DNA of 48,553 bases. Source: a virus. The notes under the pieces were generated by a model. It was given only the letters and a program-made list of their open reading frames with translations, did not search any database and was not told where the DNA came from. The translations under genes and the position numbers were made by a program. Shown here one piece after another: positions 30,001-37,475 of the stretch. Within the stretch, counting starts at the first letter, position 1, and every line of letters starts with the position of its first letter. Where the stretch lies: positions 1 through 48,553 of IMG/VR virus record IMGVR_UViG_3300045988_108834. One strand, 5' to 3'.

Positions 30001-30134
30001 TCACTGTCAGAATTTCTTGCCACTTTGGGGTGTGCGCCTACGACTTTCCCCGTCATTCCGCCCCTTTGGGGTGTGCGCTGTGCGTCGAGGGCGCGCGGGC
30101 GCGCGATTATAACACAACACCCTCAACAACACCC

Positions 30135-30150
30135 TGTGACCAAAATCACA
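30135..30150. promoter_or_regulatory. Perfect CRP/GlxR-type palindrome TGTGA-N6-TCACA
   Basis: TGTGACCAAAATCACA ends 9 bp upstream of the -35 element of the first rightward promoter. Confidence 0.45.
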
Positions 30151-30159
30151 TTCCACGAT

Positions 30160-30188
30160 TTGACTTGAAATCGATCCGGGCCTACACT
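30160..30188 (+). promoter_or_regulatory. First rightward (early) promoter
   Basis: TTGACT (30160-30165), 17 bp, TACACT (30183-30188). The 14-mer TTGAAATCGATCCG occurs in the spacer (30165-30178) and again in the leader (30199-30212). Confidence 0.65.
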
Positions 30189-30268
30189 CAGAATTGAGTT
30201 GAAATCGATCCGCCTACGCGAGTTGGATTCAAACGAAAATGTATTTTCAAGAGAAAGGAGAAATCGAA

Positions 30269-30862
30269 ATGAAACCGATCAAGGTCGCTATCGAAACGAT
30301 CGACGAAAACCTGGACGCTCCAGCTCTCCGAGCCGCCGCCGCGGAAACGCACGGTGTGCGCACGGTGCTCAACGCGGAATACGCGGATAGATTGATCCTC
30401 GTCACGCCTGAGCCCTCGCACGACGGAACCCTCCCCCGTGTGCGCCTCTCCTCGCTGAGGGCCGCGCTCGAACCCTTCGGCGTGACCGTTGCCACGCCGA
30501 CTGCCGTCTCCGAAGCTCTTACAGCGGGCCCCCGCGGCGAGACGGTCAACGCACTCAAGGCGCTGCGTAAACTATTCCGCGATTTCAAATCGAACCCGCT
30601 GCATGACGTGGAGATCCGCGGAAAGGAGCCGGCCGACGAGTTCAAACGAAATCTCCGAGCGCAGGCCCGCGCCTACAAAAAGAGCTTCTACGAGGACTTG
30701 TCCGCCTTCATAGCCGCACACCCCGCTCTCACCTACAGGGACTACTGGGACGCAGACCATCGCCCGTACGAACGCCAATGGCCGGAGTACCGCAGGGCTG
30801 TCAAACGGGCGAAGGGGTTGAAAGGAGGCGACGACAATAACACGCTATATGATGCCCGCTAG
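30269..30862 (+). CDS. Hypothetical early protein (197 aa)
   Basis: ATG follows AGAGAAAGGAGAAATCGAA. It is the first gene of the rightward arm. Confidence 0.7.
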   Translation: MKPIKVAIETIDENLDAPALRAAAAETHGVRTVLNAEYADRLILVTPEPSHDGTLPRVRLSSLRAALEPFGVTVATPTAVSEALTAGPRGETVNALKALRKLFRDFKSNPLHDVEIRGKEPADEFKRNLRAQARAYKKSFYEDLSAFIAAHPALTYRDYWDADHRPYERQWPEYRRAVKRAKGLKGGDDNNTLYDAR

Positions 30863-31151
30863 GTCTCAAGGCAAACTGTACGCACAGCGCCGGCTCCAGG
30901 CCGAGCGCTGTGCGTACAGGCGGGTGTTCGTTCACTCTCTCACACCCGAAGTCGAACATGCTGTGCGCAAGTGGCTGCTCACGAGACTGAATGGCTTCTA
31001 CTGCGAACTACAGTTGATGTACACCCCTCCGCTTCAGTCCATGGCTCGCAACGACGAGGCGACGGGGCTGAACCCGCACCTGTCCGTGTGCGGGTGGCCC
31101 TTCTGCCTCGACGACCTGGACGACGCGAACACCGGAGGAGGCGCGATATGA
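30849..31151 (+). CDS. Hypothetical protein (100 aa)
   Basis: ORF coupled to both neighbours, with an ATGA overlap at 31148. Confidence 0.5.
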   Translation: MMPARSQGKLYAQRRLQAERCAYRRVFVHSLTPEVEHAVRKWLLTRLNGFYCELQLMYTPPLQSMARNDEATGLNPHLSVCGWPFCLDDLDDANTGGGAI

Positions 31152-31675
31152 CGCTCGCAGCCTTTTTCGATTTCTCTCTCATGGCGACCCTGCCGGGCCG
31201 CACAATAGAACCCGCTGCGATGGACAGCCATGGGACTGTGCGCTCTGGACCCTACGTGCTGTACGAATCCAGCCACTATGCGCACTCGATATGCGTGCAG
31301 CCGCATGACGGCAAGCGGAAGCCCTTCACGGTGGGGATTGTGCGAGTACGCACGGCACCCAGGAAGGCGACGTTGGAGCTGTGCGATAGGCTGTCCAACC
31401 CTTTGATAGAAGTGGATGCTGTTGTGCACAAGGACCTGCTGCCCGACGTCGTATGCGATTTGGGCTATGGGATAGCGCCCTCTACTGCAATAGACGAGGG
31501 GATGCTACCCATACCCGATTACCATGTGCTGTGGCCCGGTAAACCCACGACGAATACGGTGTGGACCGCAGTGGAAGACTACACGTGGTTCGAGGCGTTC
31601 TCGGAAGAGGGGTGTGCGACCGGCATATCCTGCACACCCGCGACTCACATGCAGGACGAGCGAAAGGAGCGATGA
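31148..31675 (+). CDS. Hypothetical protein (175 aa)
   Basis: ATG 31148 overlaps the upstream stop. The upstream extension in the ORF track is rejected. Confidence 0.65.
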   Translation: MTLAAFFDFSLMATLPGRTIEPAAMDSHGTVRSGPYVLYESSHYAHSICVQPHDGKRKPFTVGIVRVRTAPRKATLELCDRLSNPLIEVDAVVHKDLLPDVVCDLGYGIAPSTAIDEGMLPIPDYHVLWPGKPTTNTVWTAVEDYTWFEAFSEEGCATGISCTPATHMQDERKER

Positions 31676-32329
31676 ATGACCGCAACGTACATAGCACTGG
31701 AGGGCCCCGACGGAGTGGGGAAATCGACTGTGGCAGCGGCGCTGAAAGAGGTCTTTCAGCGCCGCACCGTCGCCCCCTCTTATTCCACTGTGCGCATACG
31801 GCACTTCCCGACCGACGCGCTGGTAGTGTGCGCACAAAACGAAAACCACCGCCTGACGGCGGAGGACTACGCGAGGGACATGGAGAACTGGCTCTCCTTC
31901 CGACCGGAGCCCGTGTTGTTCCCCGACACGCCGACCACAGCGAGCGAAGAACAGCTGTACATTCTGGATAGGTGGGCGCTCAGCACCGCGGTGTACGCCT
32001 CGCTGCGAAATGAAAAGGTCGCGGAGAACACAGCGCTCACGCTGAACTGGCTGAACCGCGTTCCGCTGACGACGTTCGTGTTGATGCCCCGCGACCCCGC
32101 CGCCCTCGAAGACCCGGACTACCCGGACCCCGACGGTTACAACCCCGTCCCCGTCGCCGAGGCGTACCGGAAGTTCCTGTCGAACGCGTTCGTCGCGGGG
32201 GAGATGTCGAGGTTCATACCGATTGAGGTGGACCGCGCGCAGGACACACCTGACTCTGTGGCTGCAGAGATCGCTGAATGGACAACCGAGCTGCGAAGAA
32301 GTGACGCACACCTCACATGGGGTGCTTGA
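31676..32329 (+). CDS. tmk: Thymidylate (dNMP) kinase-like protein
   Basis: The P-loop is YIALEGPDGVGKST, and LDRWALSTAVY is equivalent to the Tmk DR(Y/W)..S..AY motif. Confidence 0.7.
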   Translation: MTATYIALEGPDGVGKSTVAAALKEVFQRRTVAPSYSTVRIRHFPTDALVVCAQNENHRLTAEDYARDMENWLSFRPEPVLFPDTPTTASEEQLYILDRWALSTAVYASLRNEKVAENTALTLNWLNRVPLTTFVLMPRDPAALEDPDYPDPDGYNPVPVAEAYRKFLSNAFVAGEMSRFIPIEVDRAQDTPDSVAAEIAEWTTELRRSDAHLTWGA

Positions 32330-32355
32330 CCGCTGCCCCCACGTGCGCCTAGACT
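32326..32355 (+). promoter_or_regulatory. Internal promoter
   Basis: TTGACC (which contains the tmk TGA stop), 18 bp, TAGACT. The -35 hexamer is flanked by GGGGTGC and GCTGCCCC arms. Confidence 0.55.
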
Positions 32356-32387
32356 GTAGGCACAGTCGAACGAAAGGAGAGAAAAAC

Positions 32388-32951
32388 ATGATTGATGTGT
32401 GTTATACGCCGGATCTTCTGGCTGCGTTGGTTGATATACCGCCGTCTGCTTGGTTGAATACGATTCGGTACATACGGGGCCGGGTACCATTCTCTGAAGC
32501 ATTCGTGAACAACTTGAAGGCTGCTGCACACCCATCCGGTGTGCTCATCCTTGAGAAGCCAGATGGGTGTGCTATCGTTTCGTGCACTGTGGAGTATTCC
32601 GTTAATCGCCACTGTGTGACGACGTGGTTAGATGCGAAGGGCCGGACTCTCGTGAAATTAGATGAGTTTCTTCACAATGTTGAAACGCGGTTCGGGTTGG
32701 TCGTGTCCAAAGCGTCGCTGTCCCACACGAGAAGGGCGCTCAATGGGCGGTTGGAGCTCGTTGTGGCCTTGCGGGATGGTTCGTTTCGGGTGTTCGATTT
32801 CGGTCGTGACGCCGAAGTGATTTCGGTGGACGATGTGCCGCACGCGACATTAGACGTTCGCGAGGAGTATAAACCTGATCGGGTCGTGACGTCGTTTTTC
32901 GAGACGGATCGAGATAACCCGTGGCTCCAGGTTGTGGAAGAAAGGAGATAA
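32388..32951 (+). CDS. Hypothetical protein, paralog of 32957..33469
   Basis: ATG follows GAAAGGAGAGAAAAAC. It shares the N-terminal YTPDLLAAL and the C-terminal DNPWLQVVE with the next gene. Confidence 0.7.
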   Translation: MIDVCYTPDLLAALVDIPPSAWLNTIRYIRGRVPFSEAFVNNLKAAAHPSGVLILEKPDGCAIVSCTVEYSVNRHCVTTWLDAKGRTLVKLDEFLHNVETRFGLVVSKASLSHTRRALNGRLELVVALRDGSFRVFDFGRDAEVISVDDVPHATLDVREEYKPDRVVTSFFETDRDNPWLQVVEERR

Positions 32952-32956
32952 AGAGC

Positions 32957-33469
32957 ATGATTGGAACGAAATACACGTCAGAGCTGTTGGCGGCTCTGGC
33001 TAAGACGCCGCTGCTGGCTCGGTTGGATGTGGCTGTGCCGCCGGTGGGAGACGACCCGGAAGAGATCGACTCGTATACTGTGCGCTACAGTGATAACGGC
33101 GTGAAGGAGACGACGTTATTCGCTGCGGGAGACGTGCGACTGGTTTCCGTCAGGGTCGTGGGTGCCCCTAATTGGTCTCGCATGGTTGATGCAGTCGTGG
33201 AGAAGTACGTGGGCCGTGTGTCTGTTCTGAGCGAGTCGTCCGGGGTGTGCGTCGGTTTCACGACGTACCGTACGATCGACAAACGTGACATCGAAACGAA
33301 TACGTTCCCGTTTTCGGCGGGCACTGTCGTCGACGTTGACATGGGCGTGTCCGAGTACGGCTTCGTGGGGTGCGTCGAAGAGGCGTATTCGGCTGCTGAT
33401 AAGATCACGTCCTTATATGAGGGCATGGATGACGCGGACCCGTGGATGGTTATCGTCGAGCCTAACTGA
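32957..33469 (+). CDS. Hypothetical protein, paralog of 32388..32951
   Basis: ATG follows GAAAGGAGATAAAGAGC. It carries YTSELLAAL and DADPWMVIVE. Confidence 0.7.
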   Translation: MIGTKYTSELLAALAKTPLLARLDVAVPPVGDDPEEIDSYTVRYSDNGVKETTLFAAGDVRLVSVRVVGAPNWSRMVDAVVEKYVGRVSVLSESSGVCVGFTTYRTIDKRDIETNTFPFSAGTVVDVDMGVSEYGFVGCVEEAYSAADKITSLYEGMDDADPWMVIVEPN

Positions 33470-33482
33470 AAGGAGGCATGAC

Positions 33483-33989
33483 ATGTTGTTCTACGATTAC
33501 GAGGATTGCCTGTGCGCATATATCAGGAATCGTGGTTTCGTGTGCGTGGACGCGAATAGTCCTCGCTTCGACGAACCCCTGCCCGCGCACTTCAACCTGA
33601 CGACATGCGACGAGGCGGCGCCGTACACGAACCCCTATGGGGATGTTCTGTTGGCGCACCATCGCCTTCCGCCTGATATGTGCTATAACACTGTGTTGCA
33701 AGAGCTGGTGCCGGAAGATTGGCTGAACATGTTCACGGTGGAGGACGGCGAGCGGAACCCGTACACGGAGATGCTGCGCGGTGAGGTGAAGGCAGACCTG
33801 GTTCAGTCCGTACCGGACGAGCCTTGGGCTGGGGTGAAGACCCGCTATCACAATGTGTGGCTGTCCTATGACGGGAAGAATAAGAGGATCCATGTTCATA
33901 GGTGGCATGGTGACACGGCGAAACACCTGTTTGACATGAAGAAAGACGAGTTTGTTCACACATACCAGGTGAGGTGTACCGACTGGTGA
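33483..33989 (+). CDS. Hypothetical protein (168 aa)
   Basis: ATG follows GAAAGGAGG. Confidence 0.7.
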   Translation: MLFYDYEDCLCAYIRNRGFVCVDANSPRFDEPLPAHFNLTTCDEAAPYTNPYGDVLLAHHRLPPDMCYNTVLQELVPEDWLNMFTVEDGERNPYTEMLRGEVKADLVQSVPDEPWAGVKTRYHNVWLSYDGKNKRIHVHRWHGDTAKHLFDMKKDEFVHTYQVRCTDW

Positions 33990-34189
33990 CGCATAAGGAC
34001 ATCGCTCAGGCTATAGCGAACGCTTACGACACATCCGGTTCGGATGTGCGCTATTACATGGCGGACGGTACGGCGGTCATTAAGGGGGATGAGGCGCGTT
34101 ATATGTCTCGTTACAACCCGCTGACGAAGCGGCTGAAGGTGCTGCTGTATCCGCACCATGAGACGATCGGCTTGTTCTATTTGGGCTAG
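33986..34189 (+). CDS. Hypothetical protein (67 aa)
   Basis: GTG 33986 overlaps the upstream stop (GTGA). The ORF-track start is 33974. Confidence 0.5.
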   Translation: MTHKDIAQAIANAYDTSGSDVRYYMADGTAVIKGDEARYMSRYNPLTKRLKVLLYPHHETIGLFYLG

Positions 34190-34210
34190 ACTGAAAGGAT
34201 ACGAAACAAG

Positions 34211-34837
34211 ATGGCTTTGAAATTGATTCCGCCCGGTCAGGGCCGGAGTGAGAGGGAGTATTACATCCGTTTCGAGGGCTCGATGTACGGAGTGTTGCAC
34301 GTGGATAACGAAGCGCACGCTGTAAACCTGGTCTCTCTCAAGGAGCTCGATAACATTCCAGTGTTCGTAGAACTGCTGGACCCGTACAAGCTATATGGTG
34401 TGCGGGTGTTCGACTCGTCGAGTTTCCGCATGGTGCTGTGCTTCTTCGACCGTTTCTATGTGACGGTCGGCGACATGCACGTAATGGATTTCGACAGCCC
34501 TCAGGCGTATATGGAGCACATGCGTGTGTCTTTGTACGATGCGGTGTTGTTTCCGCCTGTTGCGGAAGGCCAGGAGACGAACCCGTGGCGGACGTTGGCC
34601 AGGGCAGACGACGTGGGCTTTTTGTACCTGTGCGATTTCTCCCCCGCGGAGGAAGGCGTCAACCCCGGTCCGGACAGCTGCTCGACCCGGACTCTGTGTA
34701 AACTGTGGAGAGAGGTAGACGGTTCTTTGACGCTGAAGCCGGCCCGGAACTTCGCGATCTGCGACGCGTGGGAGGAGAATAACTGTTCGACTAGCTCGTG
34801 GCGTTTGGTGTCTGTTCGCAAACGCACAACGCTGTAA
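34211..34837 (+). CDS. Hypothetical protein (208 aa)
   Basis: ORF with a GAAAGGATACGAAACAAG leader. Confidence 0.65.
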   Translation: MALKLIPPGQGRSEREYYIRFEGSMYGVLHVDNEAHAVNLVSLKELDNIPVFVELLDPYKLYGVRVFDSSSFRMVLCFFDRFYVTVGDMHVMDFDSPQAYMEHMRVSLYDAVLFPPVAEGQETNPWRTLARADDVGFLYLCDFSPAEEGVNPGPDSCSTRTLCKLWREVDGSLTLKPARNFAICDAWEENNCSTSSWRLVSVRKRTTL

Positions 34838-34858
34838 CGGGTAGTGATGTATTTCACA

Positions 34859-34898
34859 GGGCGGGGGCTTGACGGCTCCCGCCCTTTCCGTGTAGGCT
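34859..34898 (+). promoter_or_regulatory. Terminator hairpin with embedded promoter
   Basis: An 11-bp stem (34859-34869 with 34874-34884, including G-U pairs) is followed by TTT. TTGACG (34869-34874) at the hairpin tip, 18 bp, then TAGGCT (34893-34898) form the promoter. Confidence 0.55.
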
Positions 34899-34933
34899 GG
34901 ACGCACAGCAGTCAAGAGAAAGGACATCGTACT

Positions 34934-35488
34934 ATGGGTTTCGAAAAACCACGGGACTACGTGGTGGCCCTGAAAAAGCTTGAGGGGTTCCCGCTGATGG
35001 GCATAGAGGTTCGGGACGGTCACTTGGTCTTCGCCAGCCTGTCCCGTCAAGTGTCGCTTCCTTTGCATGGGGTGAGAGGAAGGGGATACAAGGTGGCCCG
35101 CTATGGCTTGAACAAGCTTGACGTGCTTGTGAGTGATGTGGAGTACAATGACCAGTCCGGGTGCGTTCGACTCTTAGACGAGAACGGCGATGTTACTGCG
35201 CACGTGGAGCTTAAGAACGTCACTCGGGCAGAGCAGCTGCTCCACGAGCTGCACGGTCGGAGTCTGCGTGGCTCGATGACCGTTAACACATATAAGAAGT
35301 ATGTGCGGCTGGCTGACGGCGTGGTGTTCACGGGGGAAGCCGATGGCCTGGCCGGCGTCTTCGTACAATGGCGGTTTCTCGACTTGCCGGTGGATCGGAT
35401 CAACGATTGGGGTAACAAAGTGTCTATCATGACCGAGGAAGGCGCAGCAGTCGAGATACTCTTCAGAAAGGAAGACGGCAATGACTGA
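34934..35488 (+). CDS. Hypothetical protein, paralog of 35481..36089
   Basis: ATG follows AGAGAAAGGA. Its VRLLDENGDVTAHVEL matches WRLIDEEGHAVLTVEL in the next gene. Confidence 0.7.
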   Translation: MGFEKPRDYVVALKKLEGFPLMGIEVRDGHLVFASLSRQVSLPLHGVRGRGYKVARYGLNKLDVLVSDVEYNDQSGCVRLLDENGDVTAHVELKNVTRAEQLLHELHGRSLRGSMTVNTYKKYVRLADGVVFTGEADGLAGVFVQWRFLDLPVDRINDWGNKVSIMTEEGAAVEILFRKEDGND

Positions 35489-36089
35489 TGATGAGCTGAT
35501 GCAGCGGGCCTTCAACCTGCTCGACCCTTTTGTGCGCCTCGGCTGGACCGTCGCGCGGGTCGTCGACGTCTTCGATGCAACGGGCGTGTTTTTCGACAAT
35601 GGCGCAGCTGTGGCATTCGATAAGGCGGAGTACCGCATTGTAGGGTACTGTGAAGAGGAGATGCCCGCCACTCTCGCCTCTATGGTGCGTGTGAATAGAC
35701 TAGACGGGTCCGTTGCATGGAGGCTGATCGATGAGGAGGGACACGCGGTTCTCACCGTGGAGCTCGCACAGCCGACCGACCCGCTTCCCGTATACGTTGC
35801 ACGCATGCGGGAAGCGCTCATTGGGTCTCGCGTGCAAAGCGTGTCGGTGTCGGACAGTGGTCTGTGCTTGCACTTGGACGACGACTACGATGCTGTGACG
35901 AATGGGGCATTGCGTGTGCGCGTGGACTCCGAACGGGTGCCGTTTACGGTGGGCGATGTGTTCGTGAACCGCGGGGGTATTGACTTCACACTGTGCATAC
36001 GCTCACAAACAGAAAGTAAATCAGTTGTGGCGTTCAAGATCGATCGGAACACACTGGAAAGGAAGGAGATTAAATTTAATGTTATCTGA
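35481..36089 (+). CDS. Hypothetical protein, paralog of 34934..35488
   Basis: ORF coupled to both neighbours. Confidence 0.7.
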   Translation: MTDDELMQRAFNLLDPFVRLGWTVARVVDVFDATGVFFDNGAAVAFDKAEYRIVGYCEEEMPATLASMVRVNRLDGSVAWRLIDEEGHAVLTVELAQPTDPLPVYVARMREALIGSRVQSVSVSDSGLCLHLDDDYDAVTNGALRVRVDSERVPFTVGDVFVNRGGIDFTLCIRSQTESKSVVAFKIDRNTLERKEIKFNVI

Positions 36090-36621
36090 TAAAGACATTA
36101 AAAAACTGGCGAAGCGTACGGGACTGGTGGACCCGCTCCGTGATGATTGCCTTCAACCGGCTAGTTACGACGTGCACCTAGGCCCGTACTTCCTCAACAC
36201 GAAGACAGGTGAGCGGCATGTGGCTTGGGGCGCACGGAGCGAGTTCGTTCTCCCGCCCGGCGAATTGTGGCTTGGCGCGACCTTGGAGAAGTTCGAGCTT
36301 CCAGCGAATATCGCCGCCCAGATAGAGGGCCGGTCGAGCTGGGGCCGCCTTGGGCTTATGACGCACATCACCGCCGGCTTCATCGACCCGGGGTTCGAGG
36401 GGATGATCACCCTGGAGCTATACAACGTCAATTCCCACCCGTTGATTCTTCCGACGGTTTTCGACCTGTTGTTGGATTCGACCGGTGTGGAGCCGATCGC
36501 ACAGGTGTCGTTCATGAAACTGTCGTCGAAGGCTAGGGAACCGTACAACACAAAAGGGCACTACCGTAACCCGATCGGTCCCCAGTTGTCTCGTCTCAAG
36601 GGGCGTGTGAAGAAACAGTAA
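36079..36621 (+). CDS. dcd: dCTP deaminase family protein (Dcd / possibly bifunctional Dcd-Dut)
   Basis: MLSDKDI..., QPASYDVHLG and GFIDPGFEGMITLEL are characteristic Dcd motifs. The SD is GGAAAGGAAGGAG. Confidence 0.85.
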   Translation: MLSDKDIKKLAKRTGLVDPLRDDCLQPASYDVHLGPYFLNTKTGERHVAWGARSEFVLPPGELWLGATLEKFELPANIAAQIEGRSSWGRLGLMTHITAGFIDPGFEGMITLELYNVNSHPLILPTVFDLLLDSTGVEPIAQVSFMKLSSKAREPYNTKGHYRNPIGPQLSRLKGRVKKQ

Positions 36622-36908
36622 TGGATATAGCCGACATCTGGGGGGGCGAAGAATGGGTCAAGCAGGCGCGCTGCAAGAAGAGCGACATCGGAATGGACCT
36701 GTTCTTCGCCCCCCGCGAGGGGGCCGACGTTGAGGACGACCCCTACTACCTGCGGGCCAAATGGGTGTGTTCGATTTGCCCCGTGCGACTCGAATGCAGG
36801 GACTATGCGGACCGCGTGGAGAAAGGACAGAAGAGGCTGTTCGGCGTGATAGGCGGGGAGGATTCGTTCGAGCGCCGGGCCAGGAGAGAAGAGGAGGGTA
36901 AGCTGTGA
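36621..36908 (+). CDS. whiB: WhiB-family transcription factor
   Basis: Four Cys residues in the WhiB arrangement (C..-..CSICPVRLEC) and a C-terminal Gly/Arg-rich tail; 95 aa. Confidence 0.85.
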   Translation: MDIADIWGGEEWVKQARCKKSDIGMDLFFAPREGADVEDDPYYLRAKWVCSICPVRLECRDYADRVEKGQKRLFGVIGGEDSFERRARREEEGKL

Positions 36909-37465
36909 GGCAGCTGCTGTACGGGAAGAAGGGACCGCTTGAGGGCTGGTTCGCCGTTAACTCGGACGACACGTTGGAGTATGTGCCGACGTCGAGTGAG
37001 GCGATGCACAACTCATACCGGGAGACGGTGGAAGACGCTAAGGGTAAACCGTTCCGGGCTATCAGCATCGGGTACGCGTCGGAGCGACAGATCTTCTACA
37101 CGTGCAACGGGATTCGACTGATTCTAGTAAAACAGGACGAACCTCCGTTCTACCCTGGCAAGGCGCCGTCTGGGTACTACTATGACGCGTCTAGGCACAC
37201 TGTGGATCGCTTCTATGACCCGCCGTTCCACGTTAAAGGAGAGGAGTGCCCGGCCGACTCGGTGACGGGCATTCTGAAGTCTCAGGGGTACGTGTGGTGC
37301 CGTCGTAAATACGATGGCACCGAGTTCCTCCTGACGAAGGACCCTGAGGGCAAGGCGGATGTGGACAAGTATTACATCAAGGCATTCTCGATCGGTCTGA
37401 ACATGGACATTCTGGTTCGTTCGATCGATATCTCGTGCGAGAAATTCGAGGTTGTTCGATCATGA
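36905..37465 (+). CDS. Hypothetical protein (186 aa)
   Basis: GTG overlaps the whiB stop (GTGA). Confidence 0.6.
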   Translation: MRQLLYGKKGPLEGWFAVNSDDTLEYVPTSSEAMHNSYRETVEDAKGKPFRAISIGYASERQIFYTCNGIRLILVKQDEPPFYPGKAPSGYYYDASRHTVDRFYDPPFHVKGEECPADSVTGILKSQGYVWCRRKYDGTEFLLTKDPEGKADVDKYYIKAFSIGLNMDILVRSIDISCEKFEVVRS

Positions 37466-37475
37466 TCGAACAACC
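37450..37475. repeat. Perfect 26-bp palindrome GGTTGTTCGATCATGATCGAACAACC
   Basis: I verified that it is self-complementary over all 26 nt. It contains the TGA of 36905..37465 and the ATG of the helicase gene. Confidence 0.95.

Noticed and set aside
30092-30106. (CG)n block GCGCGCGGGCGCGCG as a hairpin terminator
   Set aside because: The loop would be only 2-3 nt and there is no flanking T-tract. I note it only as a possible Z-DNA-prone or binding element within the hub.
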